In this document: in pieces, positions 26,428-39,489 of the stretch
How positions within the stretch are numbered: position 1 is the stretch's first letter
Layout of the letters: each line of letters begins with the position of its first letter
Assembly: GCF_006345805.1 (NCBI RefSeq)
Contig: NC_043010.1
Location: 53,010,001-53,074,000 of the forward strand
Reading direction: 5' to 3'
Length of the DNA stretch: 64,000 nucleotides
Source of the DNA: Octopus sinensis
Taxonomy: Eukaryota
The notes under the pieces: generated by a model
What the model saw: the letters and a program-made list of their open reading frames with translations, nothing else
Told to the model about the DNA's origin: nothing
Databases searched by the model: none
Made by a program: the position numbers and the translations under genes

Positions 26428-28129
26428 ATACATTCATAAAATTATATTACTATAAAAGTAATATTAACAAAAATATATTATTTATATTGCTATAATTATC
26501 ATAATATATATAATAAACACACACATATGTATATATACATCAATATATCTATGTATGCACATAAATATATGCAACTCACAAGCACATATACATATATGAA
26601 TTCATATATATATATATATATATATAATTATATATATATCTGTATGTATATATCTGTATGTATATATATTATATATATATATATATACTATATATATATA
26701 TATATATATCCGTATGTATAGAATATATGTGTGTGTGTGTGTGTGTATGTGTGTGTGTGTGTGTGCGTGTGTCTGACCTTCGTAACGTGGAGTAGATGAA
26801 ACAAAGGCGACTGAAGAAGGGGAATTTTCCTTGTATTGTATGTCCTGTACTTTATTTTTTCGTTGTTTAAGAAAAGTGTCCATTTCCTTGGTTTTGTGTT
26901 TATGTTTTCGTTTCTCATTGTGTTCGAAGTGGGACTGAACCTGGAACCATGTGTTTGGTAAGCAAGCTCCTTACCACACAGCCACTCCTATAAAAAAATT
27001 CCTTAATAAATAAATTACAAATAAATTACAATAAATTACAAGTAATCCTCATACTGAGGATTTCTAAAAAGAATGAAATGGTACTTATGCATGGTTACCA
27101 ATAGCTAGAAATTTTAAGAGCTTCATATGAAATGATAAAAAGATGTTAATTCTATGATCTTTCCTTAAATTTCCTTAATTTCAAATTCAAATTGCAAACC
27201 CTGCTTCGAATAATGATGAAAGGATCATTTTGCTGCTTTACAGAAAATCCAAATCTTGTTCAAATCGCGTCTTACGGGCTTTAACAACGGCAAGGGAACG
27301 TTGAGTTACGTATTCGCTGATATAATTAAAGGAAGAGGGAAAAAAATGAAACGTCCGCAACGTCATTACCCGGAAAGCATTTGAACGTGGGTCTTCTTGA
27401 CCAGAGTTGATCTGGTGCTATATACCAACGACCACAGCGATGACGACTATCTTCCTCACCACACCACCACCACCACTACCACTGCCAGCACAACCGCCAC
27501 TGCCACCACCGCCACAACCACCGCCACCACCGCCGCCACCGCCACCACCACCACTGCAACAGCGACAACAAAAAGCACAACCTAAACACGTTAAATATAT
27601 ATACATATATATATATACATGCATAAATAAACATGTATGTATACACATACATACATAAATACATGCATATATATATACATATATATGTATATATATATAT
27701 ACATGCATACAAACATATATATATATACATACAAATACACACACACATATATATATATGCGTGTGTGTGTGTTATATGTACATACGTACACAACAAATAC
27801 ACTAGTGTACATAAATGCTCGAGGCAGTTCATATGAAACGTAACTTAAATAATGACCATCGGTAGCACTCGACGCAGAGATAATAAGCCATAGCACTGAA
27901 GAGAAATTCCAAATCCCAGTGGAGAAACATTTCTGAAAAATACAAAAAAGAAAATGAAATAAAGCGCATTTAATGTCTAACAGATATAAATAATATATTG
28001 AAAGAGAAAGCTCAAAACTGAAATGTAGATATATGTAATATATAGGTTTTAAATTTTGGCACAAGGCCAGCAATATTTTTTGGGGGTGGCGGCTGATAAG
28101 TCGATGATATTGATCTTGAATGATTGGAA

Positions 28130-28310
28130 GTGTTAGGAATGGCTGTGTGGTAAGTAGCTTGCTAACCAACCACATGGTTCCGGGTTCAGTCCCACTGCGT
28201 GGCATCTTGGGCAAGTGTCTTCTGCTATAGCCTCGGGCCGACCAATGCCTTGTGAGTGGATTTGGTAGACGGAAACTGAAAGAAACTGAAAGAAGCCTGT
28301 CGTATATATG

Positions 28311-28341
<31 letters not shown>

Positions 28342-28558
28342 TTGTGTGTCTGTGTTTGTCCCCCTAGCATTGCCTGACAACCGATGCTGGTGTGTATACA
28401 TCCCCGTCACTTAGCGGTTCGGCAAAAGAGACCGATAGAATAAGTACTGGGCTTACAAAGAATAAGTCCCGGGGTCGATTTGCTCGACTAAAGGCGGTGC
28501 TCCAGCATGGCCGCAGTCAAATGACTGAAACACGTAAAAGAGTAAAGAGTAAAGAGTA
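28130..28558 (+). mobile_element. SINE family A, full length
   Basis: tggctgtgtggtaagtagc...gggttcagtccc head, internal (TA)n(TG)n, tail ending in (aagagta)n. Confidence 0.9.
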
Positions 28559-29552
28559 CATGTTTTGTCTTGGTGTAAAAGACGGGCTATAGCAAACATT
28601 TTGCTTATTACCACAGATTTGCTTGTCAGTTGTCTGACCGTAAGCAGTTGAGCATATCTCTTGGTGGCTGACGATATGTGCATCTCTGATCATGAGCAAA
28701 AGTAGTGGGGGAGCATCATAGCCATGTGTTGAGAGGAATTCTATGGAGTTTGAACAATTCACTCCTGGAAATATGTGTGTTTTGTTTAACATCCTTAAAC
28801 AAACCTTATTCAGGGACCTTTTCAGAGGAGTGACTACTCGGTGGGAACAAAATTCCAACTGGGAACCACCTGCAAACTCATGCACTGTTTATCTTGATAT
28901 GAGATCACCATGTCGAGCACATGTGGTTGTGATACATGTGCCTGGTGTACCCTTATTAGACGGGTAGTCATGATGAGTATACTGGGCTTCGTATATTTTA
29001 CCCCTGTGTCATTTTGATGGCATGCACTGCACTCTCACTCAATGTTAATAATAAATATTATTATTTTATAATAATCATTACTATATCAACAACAATTCTT
29101 TAGATGAATAAAAGATTACTATATGATGGTGGTTATCGTTTTTGTAGTAAATTTAACGAAAGAGAGAGAGAGAGAGAGAGGAACAGAGACAGGCAGAGGA
29201 AGAAAGAAAGAGAGAAGGAGAGAGAGAAAGAGAGAAATAGGGAGAGCGGGAAGAGAGAGAAGGTATACAAGAAATGGAGAATGTAGCAGGAAGCCGTACA
29301 GGCAGTTTCAAAAGATCACAAGCATCCAGTCCTCTTCCGGAAAATGTTGTTGTGCAATGGCAGCGTAAAATCTAACTTCTTGGCCTTGCGTTTGACTTGG
29401 AAGATCCGAATGTATCTTGTATTGGATATCGCTAGTAGGGAAGAAGGTTGTTTAAACAGATTTATGTGTGTATGTATATATTTATATATATATGTATGTG
29501 TGTATATATATATATATAAGCACACATATATATGTATATATGTATGTGTATG

Positions 29553-29602
<50 letters not shown>

Positions 29603-29647
29603 ATATATAAGTATATTATATTATGTGCATGCAACTATGTCTACGTC

Positions 29648-29699
<52 letters not shown>

Positions 29700-29940
29700 C
29701 GCATACACAGAGAGAGAGAGTGTGTGTGGGTTGTGCGTGAGATAGTCATTGAGAGAGAAAGAATAGAGTGGAGGAATTAATATATATATATTTAAAATTA
29801 TCTACGCTGCATTCCGAAAATGAGTCTACTTGGCTTAATATATATATATATATATTATATATATATATATAAGCATATACGCGTATATGTGGTTTGTGTG
29901 TGCATGCATATATATATATATATATATATATAATAATAAT

Positions 29941-30255
29941 AATTTGAAGGAATATTATTCCTAACTTACAGGGAAAAATTCAATTTAGAAATACTAAATC
30001 CAATTTCACAAAATATAATATATATATAAAAATTAGAAAAAAACACCTTTTATCAATTCAAAATGAACAATCAAATTAGACCATGTAGAAAATTACATAT
30101 AATAGAAATATATTCTATTAATAAAAAAATATATTCCTTTCTAGATGGTATAGGAATATCCTTCAAAGATGAATTCCGAAAGAGTGGTTCTATTTTACCT
30201 GTAAGTTCCATAACCGACGATAATGAGGGCAATATCTCAGAAACGTTGGTTATAA

Positions 30256-30302
<47 letters not shown>

Positions 30303-30430
30303 GTAATAATAATAATAATAATTTGAGTGAATATTATTCCTAACTTACAGGGAAAAATTCAATTTAGAAATACTAAATCAAGTTTCATAATATATAATAT
30401 ATATATATATAAATTAGAAAAGACACCTTA
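29941..30430 (+). repeat. About 379-bp tandem unit (about 1.3 copies) with a degenerate HHR-like motif
   Basis: aatttga...ggaaaaattcaatttagaaatactaaatc at 29941 and 30320; ataacc gacga...tgag/ctca GAAACGT T ggttat at 30210-30253. Confidence 0.65.
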
Positions 30431-30552
30431 TATATATATACATACATGCACACACATATATTGTTTATTTATTTATACACACACACATATATATACATGA
30501 ATATATATACATACATATATACATATATACAAAACTATACATATCCATATCC

Positions 30553-30610
<58 letters not shown>

Positions 30611-30914
30611 TATATACATACCTCCCTACCTACATACATACATGCAAGCTATGCCGTATATGTCAATAGTAACACGTGTTTTTATGGAACAAGCGGCGTA
30701 GTTTGCGAACGAAATCTTGCTATATTGTGTTATAGAAAGCGTATAAATATAAGCTTATAAATAAAAGCTAATGAAAATGCAGTCACCTAAAAGCCAAATC
30801 ATATTTTTTTCAATTGTCTTTGTTTTTTTCGCTTCGTTATTTCTTCCGTATTTTTCTCCTGATAAAGATTGTACATTCGAAACGTCAAAACATTTTCATT
30901 TCATTCTATTTCAC

Positions 30915-31016
30915 TCTAGTTTACGTATAATGTCAGCAACTTGGAAAATGTGTTATTTCATTAAGTCTAGTTTACGTATAATGTCAGCAACTTAGGAAAT
31001 GTGTTATTTCATTAAA
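30915..31016. repeat. 51-bp tandem duplication
   Basis: tctagtttacgtataatgtcagcaactt... starts at 30915 and 30966. Confidence 0.9.
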
Positions 31017-31280
31017 TCTCCCTTATTACCAGGATAATCCTCCATTTTACTGAGCGCGGAGAGATTAAGATCCAAGCTCAAACCAGCAGTATTTGAACAC
31101 AGAACATAGATAGCCGGAACAAATACAGCAAATGCATTATATTCGACAGCCGAGCTGCGCTCAGAATGCAACACTCTTGGTTTAGAATTAATACAAGTAT
31201 ACTAACAAAACTTGTATTTTCGTGTTGTCATTTTGATGGTCTTATCTAAAGCTAAAATACACTCACGCACACATACACAC

Positions 31281-31311
<31 letters not shown>

Positions 31312-32375
31312 TATATGTATGCATATATGTATGTATGTATGTATATGCATTTATATATACACACACACACATATATATACATATGTATATATATGTATAT
31401 ATATATACATATATATATATATACATGCATACATATATATATATATATATATATAAATATATATTATGTATATGAGGATATATATGTATATATGTATGTG
31501 TGTGTATATGTATATATATATATCAGGATAAAACCTACAAGAAGTGCTGGAGGTATCTTTTCTTCATTTCTTTGTACATTTCTATATACAAATAAAACGT
31601 CTGGATTTCTCTAAGAAAACGATAGAATGTAGTTTATCTTGTATTTTTATGCTGTTTTCTGGTGCAGGAGAGTCAGCAAAAAAGCAAAGGAAAAAAAACA
31701 AACAAGATAAGTAATATTCTGTAGTTTACTTAGAAAAATCTAGAATTTTTATGTACGTTTATAAATAAATATCCAAGGAAAAAGAAAGAAAGAAATAGAG
31801 GATAGCGCTATCACTTCTATCTTATTTTTTGTGTTTATCATTATAAATGTATTTCTCCGTACATTCCCAAAAACATTTACCCCTAAATATATGCGTACAT
31901 ACACACTCGTGCTCGCGCATATATGTATATATATATATATATGTAATACATACATATATGTATATATATATATATGCATATGTATAATAAATATATATAT
32001 GTATGTATATGTACATATGTGTGTGTATAAAATTAATCCACAGTATATGGATTCAATTAATCCGGTAATACTCGTAACAAAAGCGCCTTAATGTATCATT
32101 CTACAAAACATAGAATATATAGTAAAATACAACACACGATAAGGAGTGTATAAAGCCATAAATGACAGAGAAATAGTGTCTTGGAATTTTACTTAATAAG
32201 AAAATTCTAAAATCATGACATATTGTTTCGTAACTTAAAAACATGTAAATATTTTATATTATTATATTTAATAATAAATCAGTTACTTATATTCTGCATT
32301 AATGCAACATGCACGAAAACCATTCACAGTAGTGCAAAGTTTAATAAAATTTCATCAAAATATATCTGTAACATA

Positions 32376-32843
32376 CAGGGGTTGGACAAAATAATGGAAA
32401 CACCTAGTATCATAGCATCATAATTTTGAAATATCTATAAACCCGTCAAATGCTTGTTTCTTTTTATGTTTTTTGATTTATGTGCTTTGCCTAAAATGTT
32501 TTGCTAAAATTGCTGTTTCTTTTCAGATATCATAAGAAAAAGGTAATTAACATGCATTAAAATGACAGATATATTGAACTTTCAAAGAAGTCAAATTGTT
32601 GGTGCTCGCATAGCAGGCGCTAGCATAACGAAAACAGCCAAAATGTTTTGTGTATCTAAAGTAGTGTCTCGAAAGTAATGACAGCCTTTGAGAAAGATGG
32701 AAAAACCTCCCCGTCGAAACAAAACTGCGGAAGAAAACCAAAACTTTCAGATAGGGACCGTCGGGCTCTTACGCGAATTGTTAGAAAAGATCAGAAAAGT
32801 ACAGCTCCCCAAATTACTGCTGAGCTTAATGACCATCTCGAGA
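32376..32843 (+). mobile_element. Tc1-family transposon 5' fragment
   Basis: TA|caggggttggacaaaataatggaaacacc TIR; FQRSQIVGARIAGASITKTAK...KQNCGRKPKLSDRDRRALTRIVRK HTH region. Confidence 0.88.
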
Positions 32844-33650
32844 ATTTTCATTTGTGGCTCATACTGATTTCTTTGGATTTATGTATTCTTTGATAGTCCA
32901 TAAAAGTTACTTATTTTTACCGTAAATTTAGTAAGGTCATCCAACTCCATTTCTCTTCACGTCATTTTCGAATTTATTCATTAATCTACCCATTTTACTT
33001 ATTGTTAGTCTAACTGCATTTGTTTGGTAGAAATGTTGGCCATTTAGTTGTTCTAAGGCCGTTTCTATGAAATGGATCCTGTCTCTTATTACAATAGCTC
33101 ATCCTTTGTCAGCCTCTCTAACGACTAAAGAGGAATCTTTCTGTAAACACTTCAAAGCTTGTTGTTCTTTCGCAATGTTTGCTTTGATTTGGTTTGTTTC
33201 CTTGTTTGCGTTTGCTGATCGTTTCATACACATCATGTGTTCCTCTAAGTACTTATTCCTGTTCATTTGGAGGCTTAAATCCTGTTGATTTATTCACAAG
33301 TGATGGAAATTCATCACGTTACTTTTGGAAGAATTCCTGTAGACAAGATCTGATGTATCAGGTTTAGGAGTTAGTGTGAATTCATGTCCATAATCCATAA
33401 GTTTTATTTCATTTTCAATGAGGTTTCGCTGTGGGGGATTGATCTCTTTCGGGTCAGTTGGTTCACTATTTCCTTGACTCGTTGTATAATGAAATTTTGC
33501 AGTCGTTTCTGCTTGGAGCTCTGTTACCTAAAAGGCTCCTTGTTCTCCGAACCATTGATAGTCTGTCTATCAATTCTTCTTTTTTTTTTTGCTGGCGGGA
33601 GGTTGTCCAATCGTTATTGTACTATCTACTTTCATATATTGGTTTCAAAT
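32844..33650 (-). mobile_element. Penelope-like RT N-terminal fragment (may continue to about 35340 beyond the SINE B insertion)
   Basis: Minus-strand GHEFTLTPKPD, SSLVVREADKG*AIVI and NFYGLSK motifs (PLE ADKG / FYGLPKIHK pattern). Confidence 0.7.
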
Positions 33651-33735
33651 TTTTGTACAAGGCCATCAAATTTCGGGGAGAGGGTAAGTCGCTTACATCA
33701 ACTCCAGTGTTTAACTGTGTTATGTCGCAATAGTA

Positions 33736-34121
33736 GAGGCGCAATGGCCCAGTGGTTAGGGCAGCGGACTCGCGGTCGTAGGATCGCGGTTTCGATTCCC
33801 AGACCGGGCGTTGTGAGTGTTTATTGAACGAAAACACCTAAAGCTCCACGAGGCTCTGGCAGAGGATGGTGGTGATCCCTGCTGTACTCTTTCACCACAA
33901 CTTTCTCTCACTCTTTCTTCCTGTTTCTGTTGTACCTGTATTTCAAAGGGCCGGCCTTGTCACTCTCTGTGTCACGCTGAATATCCCCGAGAACTACGTT
34001 AAGGGTACACGTGTCTGTGGAGTGCTCAGCCACTTACACGTTAATTTCACGAGCAGGCTGTTCCGTTGATTCGGATCAACCGGAACCCTCGTCGTCGTAA
34101 CCGACGGAGTGCTTCCATCCA
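33736..34121 (+). mobile_element. SINE family B, full length
   Basis: A-box tggcccagtgg, B-box ggtttcgattccc, near-identical to other copies, (TCCA)n tail. Confidence 0.92.
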
Positions 34122-35356
34122 CATGTTCTTACTAAGTTTTCTTTTGGTTTGATTATTTATTTTGGTTTGTTCTTTCACATTTATTGTTTGGAAGTCTTTT
34201 GTAGTAGTTGGGGTTGTGTTGATATGAGTTATTGAATTCTTTTCCATTTCTAATAACGTTAACATAGGGAAAAATATGAATTGTCGCCCTGTAATAATTT
34301 TTCTTGATTTGACATGTAAATTAATATGGAAGAAGTTAACGTTCTTTATGTTGTTGTTATTGAATTTTGTCGTTTTCCTAAAACCTATTTTATTTTTTGT
34401 TTTCTCTAATCCTGCTCCGTAATTTTGTTCGTAACCATAGAGTTTTTGATTCTAGTATTTTATTTCATTTGTATCTCAAGATTTTTTTCCATGTATCTAA
34501 TAGTTTTTTTCCACGTACTTTTCCCCTTCGTTCGTTCGGCAATTTCTTTCTGCAATATGGCGTCACATTTTACAAATTTCTCTTCAAATCATGACGTGCG
34601 AAGGCTTAAAATGTTATCTTCTTCGATTTTTTGAAGTGCGAAATTTATTCGGATTTTCATTTCTTCATTTAGCTCCGATCTGATAACCTTGATATGGAAT
34701 TTACTAAGAAAAAAGACTGGTTCTTAAGTTTTGTTTCCATTTTACGCATTGTCTGCCAATTTCTTCCTCCCTAATTGCCTTCCAAATCCTCTTGTATATG
34801 TTGATTTAATAAACTATTCCGTATCTTCTTCATCTGGTTCTTCTTCGTGTACGCTTCATTTTCCAAATGAATTTCATTCAATTCCTTAAATATGTTGTAC
34901 GTACTGGAATTTCTTGTTGCTATTGGTTCCACGTAGGTCGTGTTTGGAGTTTTGTAGCGTTTGTACAATGTTTTAACGTCAACAAAGTCAACTTTTCCAA
35001 CGTATATACGGATGTGTTCTTGTAATTCTCCAACTACTAACGAGTCATGTTTTTCTTCTTTTTTGGTAGGAATATCATTTTTTTTCAGAATTTTTTTCGG
35101 AAATTTCTTTTCAACATTTTTTTTACTTACGTTTAGATTCGCAGCTGATTTTTATCATGTCAATGTCATTTTTGTCTTCTGTCAGTTGTTTAAGCATTTA
35201 AATATTTAAACGTTTTTGCAAAATATCTTTCATATAGTCAGAATATTTAAAGAACAATTTTTTGCAAAAGTTATTAATTATCCAAAAAAATATATCTCTT
35301 TTCAAAAACTGCGTGTCACGCATCTTTTGGAGAGGCGTTTTCGCATTCTCTCTGTT

Positions 35357-35757
35357 TACCCTTTTACTTGTTTCAGTCATTTGACTGCGGCCATGCTGGA
35401 GCACCGCCTTTAGTCGAGCAAATCGACCCCGGGACTTATTCTTTGTAAGCCCAGTACTTATTCTATCGGTCTCTTTTGCCGAACCGCTAAGTGACGGGGA
35501 CGTAAACACACCAGCATCGGTTGTCAAGCAATGCTAGGGGGATAAACAAAGACACACAAACACACACACACATACATATATATATATACATATATACGAA
35601 AGGCTTCTTTCAGTTTCCGTCTACCAAATCCACTCACAAGGCATTGGTCGGCCCGGGGCTATAGCAGAAGACACTTGCCCAAGATGCCACGCAGTGGGAC
35701 TGAACCCGGAACCATGTGGTTGGTTAGCAAGCTACTTACCACACAGCCATTCCTGCG
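35357..35757 (-). mobile_element. SINE family A, full length
   Basis: Reverse complement of the 28130 copy. Confidence 0.92.
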
Positions 35758-35903
35758 CATTGTAAATATTATGTGAGTAAACGTTTTCGTTATTAATATT
35801 CAACTTTTGAAACGCGTGTTCGAGGTAAGTGCATAAAGAGCGAATTAAAGATTAATCTCTGAGGAATATTCGATGTAGAAAGCATTTAGATATTTGTGCA
35901 AAT

Positions 35904-36280
35904 GTTGAGGCGCAATGGCCCAGTGGTTAGGGCAGCGGACTCGCGGTCGTAGGATCGCGGTTTCGATTCCCAGACCGGGCGTTGTGAGTGTTTATTGAGC
36001 GAAAACACCTAAAAGCTCCACGAGGCTCCGGCAGGGGGTGGTGGTGATCCCTGCTGTACTCTTTCACCACAACTTTCTCTCACTCTTACTTCCTGTTTCT
36101 GTTGTACCTGTATTTCAAGGGGCCGGCCTTGTCACGCTGAATATCCCCGAGAACTTCGTTAAGGGTGCACGTGTCTGTGGAGTGCTCAGCCACTTACACG
36201 TTAATTTCACGAGCAGGCTGTTCCGTTGATTCGGATCAACCGGAACCCTCGTCGTCGTAACCGACGGAGTGCTTCCATCC
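35904..36280 (+). mobile_element. SINE family B with 12-bp TSD
   Basis: TSD atttgtgcaaat at 35892-35903 and 36281-36292. Confidence 0.93.
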
Positions 36281-36747
36281 ATTTGTGCAAATAAAAGACA
36301 AAATGATCAACTACGAAAGGCAAAAGAGTAATACATACATCATATGAATTCTAAATCCGAAACTGAACCGGAAATAGCCATCACCATTATTAAAAAGAAC
36401 TTCCTCTACACGGATTAATTCCGGAAACATGTGTTTGAAAACCTCATCACCGAAAGTTCTTGCACAGAAAATACAATATCAAAAATTATGTTCCCACTGG
36501 TTCTTGACGTTCTGTTTTATACAATTTTTTAAATAGTTAATAATTTTAGGTAACAAATATTGTTACTGTCTCCAGTATTTTTTATGGTGCTGTTGCTGTT
36601 GTTAGTGGTGGTGTTAGGGACGGTAATCTTGATGGCTCTGTTGCTGGGGCAGTCTGGGGTTTTTTTTCTAAGCCATTTAAAAAAATAGTCAATAAACAGT
36701 TTAAAAAATCTTTCTTTAAATATTGTGTGGCTGTCTCAAGTATTTTT

Positions 36748-36787
<40 letters not shown>

Positions 36788-36939
36788 AAAAAATATATAC
36801 ATATTGTATATATATATATACATACATATATATATATATATATACATATACAAAAATATATACACACACAACACACGCACACACGGATACACACACATAT
36901 ATATATATATGCATATATACGCATACATACATATATGCA

Positions 36940-36994
<55 letters not shown>

Positions 36995-37001
36995 ATCTAT
37001 A

Positions 37002-37039
<38 letters not shown>

Positions 37040-37333
37040 AATATACACTCACATATGCATGTGTATGTGTGTGTGTGTGCACGCTTAGATTGTTTGAAGT
37101 GGTATACAGATTTTATATATTGACAAAGAGGAAGTAGTCAGAATTTCGGATAATTATTTATTTAGCGCTTTCATCTCTTCTGAGAGATTCATAATTAATG
37201 ATTTATTTACTGAAAATTCTTGCTTTATATATATATATATGTGTGTGTGTGAGTTAGTTGAAAAAAAAAATCTGGAATACAGTCGGGATGAGAATGTTCT
37301 TTGTTATTTTACATCTATACGTGTGTCTATATT

Positions 37334-37369
<36 letters not shown>

Positions 37370-37807
37370 TATTTATGTGTATGTGGTGAATTTCTGAAGG
37401 TTTTTGTAGATAGAAAGAAGAAAAAAGAAAAAAAAGGAGAAAGAAAGAAAACAAGAAAGGAAAAGAATGAAAGGAAGGAGAAGAAAGAAAGGAAAAGAAA
37501 GAAAGAAAGAAAGAAAGAATGAAAGAAAGAAAGAAGGAAGGAAAGAAAGAAAAGAACAAAGATAGTAAAAATAAAGAATGTAATGATTGAAATTGATGAC
37601 AGTTCAAAAAATTAACTTTCTTTTAACCAATATATTTTGGGTCAGTTGTCATGTGACCCAGCTGTAGTAAATGGAATGTATGAAATTGCTTTGAAAGGTT
37701 TTGAAATGTGCTTTTAAATATATAAGAGACTATCAGTTGTGTGTTCGTTGCTGAAGTGAATTTTTCTAGTTATTTTAACAGCAATTATGAAAACAATATT
37801 TGTAATT

Positions 37808-37968
37808 GGCGCAGGAGTGGCTGTGTGGTAAGTAGCTTGCTAACCAACCACATGGTTCCGAGTTCAGTCCCACTGCGTGGCATCTTGAGCAAGTGTCTTC
37901 TGCTATAGCCCCGGGCCCACCAATGCCTTGTGAGTGGATTCGGTAGACGGACACTGAAAGAAGCCCGT

Positions 37969-38024
<56 letters not shown>

Positions 38025-38299
38025 GAATGGAAGAAATGGAGTTGAACGAAGATTGTACAGAATTCCTTTTATTACATTCTACACATGTTTCAAAGGCCAC
38101 AATTTTCCAAATTCTGATTAAATAAGGATACCATATTGCAGCTTTCTCTTCAGGAAAAACCAGGAATTACGTTGTCAGAACAAAACAAAACAAAAGCGCA
38201 GCAAAGCAAATCGAACGAGGACGCTCCTTAAGAGCCCATGGGTAAAATGTTTATCAATGTACGTTGAAATCGGGGGGTTGGTGGGGTCCGACAAAAAGG

Positions 38300-38353
<54 letters not shown>

Positions 38354-38575
38354 TTGTGTGTCTGTGTTTGTCCCCCTAGCATTGCTTGACAACCGATGCT
38401 GGTGTGTTTATGTCCCCGTTACTTAGCGGTTTGGCAAAAGAGACCGATAGAATAAGTACTGGGCTTACAAAAAAAAAAGAATAAGTCCCGGGGTCGAGTT
38501 GCTCGATTAAAGACGGTGCTCCAGCATGGCCGCAGTCAAATGACTGAAACAAGTAAAAGAGAAAGAGTGAAGAGT
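37808..38575 (+). mobile_element. SINE family A split by an insertion in its internal (TA)n
   Basis: Head 37808-37972, foreign segment about 38018-38300, tail about 38345-38575. Confidence 0.85.
38077..38156 (-). ncRNA. Type I hammerhead motif with long stem II
   Basis: uuc CUGAAGA gaaagcugcaau..31 nt..auuguggccuuu GAA ACA-ug-UGU A gaa: 11 of 12 stem II pairs, GUA triplet, stem I only 3 bp. Confidence 0.65.
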
Positions 38576-38681
38576 AATAATATCCAGTGGTAATCTGATT
38601 TGGTTTATCTGGGGCATTAATTTTTTTCAATAGCGATTTCTTATATGTTTATACACGTATATCTTTTCTTTTTATACTCCT

Positions 38682-38881
38682 TTTACTCTTTTACTTGTTT
38701 CAGTCATTTGACTGTGGTCATGCTGGAGCACCGCCTTTAGTCGAGCAAATCGAACCCCAGGACTTATTATTTGTAATAGTACTTATTCTATCAGTCTCTT
38801 TTGCCGAACCGCTAAGTTACGGGGACGTAAACACACCAGCATCAGTTGCCAAGCGATGTTGGGGGGACAAACACAGACAAC

Positions 38882-38952
<71 letters not shown>

Positions 38953-39254
38953 CTCCTTTTTTAAATATATATATATATATGTATATTTAAAAAAGGAGAT
39001 GTGGAACACGAGTTGTGATATATAAAAAAGGAAATGAAGAAAATGCTGACAAAATAATTTAAGTAATTTAATTAGGTGAAAGTTCTTTTTACCGGTTGCG
39101 CATTTGTTATGCTTATCAAAAGTTTATTCCTCTTATCGTCAGATAAGAGGAAAAAACTTTTGATAAGCATAACAAATGCGCAACCGGTAAAAAGAACTTC
39201 ACCTAATTAAATTACTTAAATTACTTAAATTATTTTGTCAGCATTTTCTTCATT

Positions 39255-39319
<65 letters not shown>

Positions 39320-39476
39320 GACGGTCTTCTTTCAGTTTCCGTCTACCAAATCCACTCACAAGGCTTTGGTTGGCCCGAGGCTATAGTAGCAGACACTTGC
39401 CGAAGGTGCCACCCAGTGGGACTGAACCCGGAACCATGTGGTTCGTAAGCAAGGTACTTACCACACATCCACTCCT
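38682..39476 (-). mobile_element. SINE family A split by a palindromic insertion in its internal (TA)n
   Basis: Tail 38682-38880, insertion about 38950-39260, head 39317-39476. Confidence 0.85.
39031..39256. repeat. Near-perfect palindrome (107/115-bp arms, 4-nt loop) with a decayed HHR in each arm
   Basis: 39031-39137 is the reverse complement of 39142-39256 except for a 9-bp duplication and minor differences; cuuu uGAUAA gca-uaacaaa-ugc GCAACCGGUA aaaag at 39157-39194. Confidence 0.9.
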
Positions 39477-39489
39477 GAAAAAATGTAGT

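Noticed and set aside
27310-27360. CTGATATA...GAAACGTC hammerhead-like match
   Set aside because: G8/A9 are broken and stems I and II are weak; likely chance.
27397-27658. Poly-Thr/Pro/Gly ORFs
   Set aside because: They come from an (ACC)n/(GCC)n trinucleotide tract.
36582-36740. Short stretch open on both strands (GAVAVVSGG...FKK / [11 protein letters not shown]...)
   Set aside because: Low complexity, runs into (TA)n, and has no start or splice evidence.
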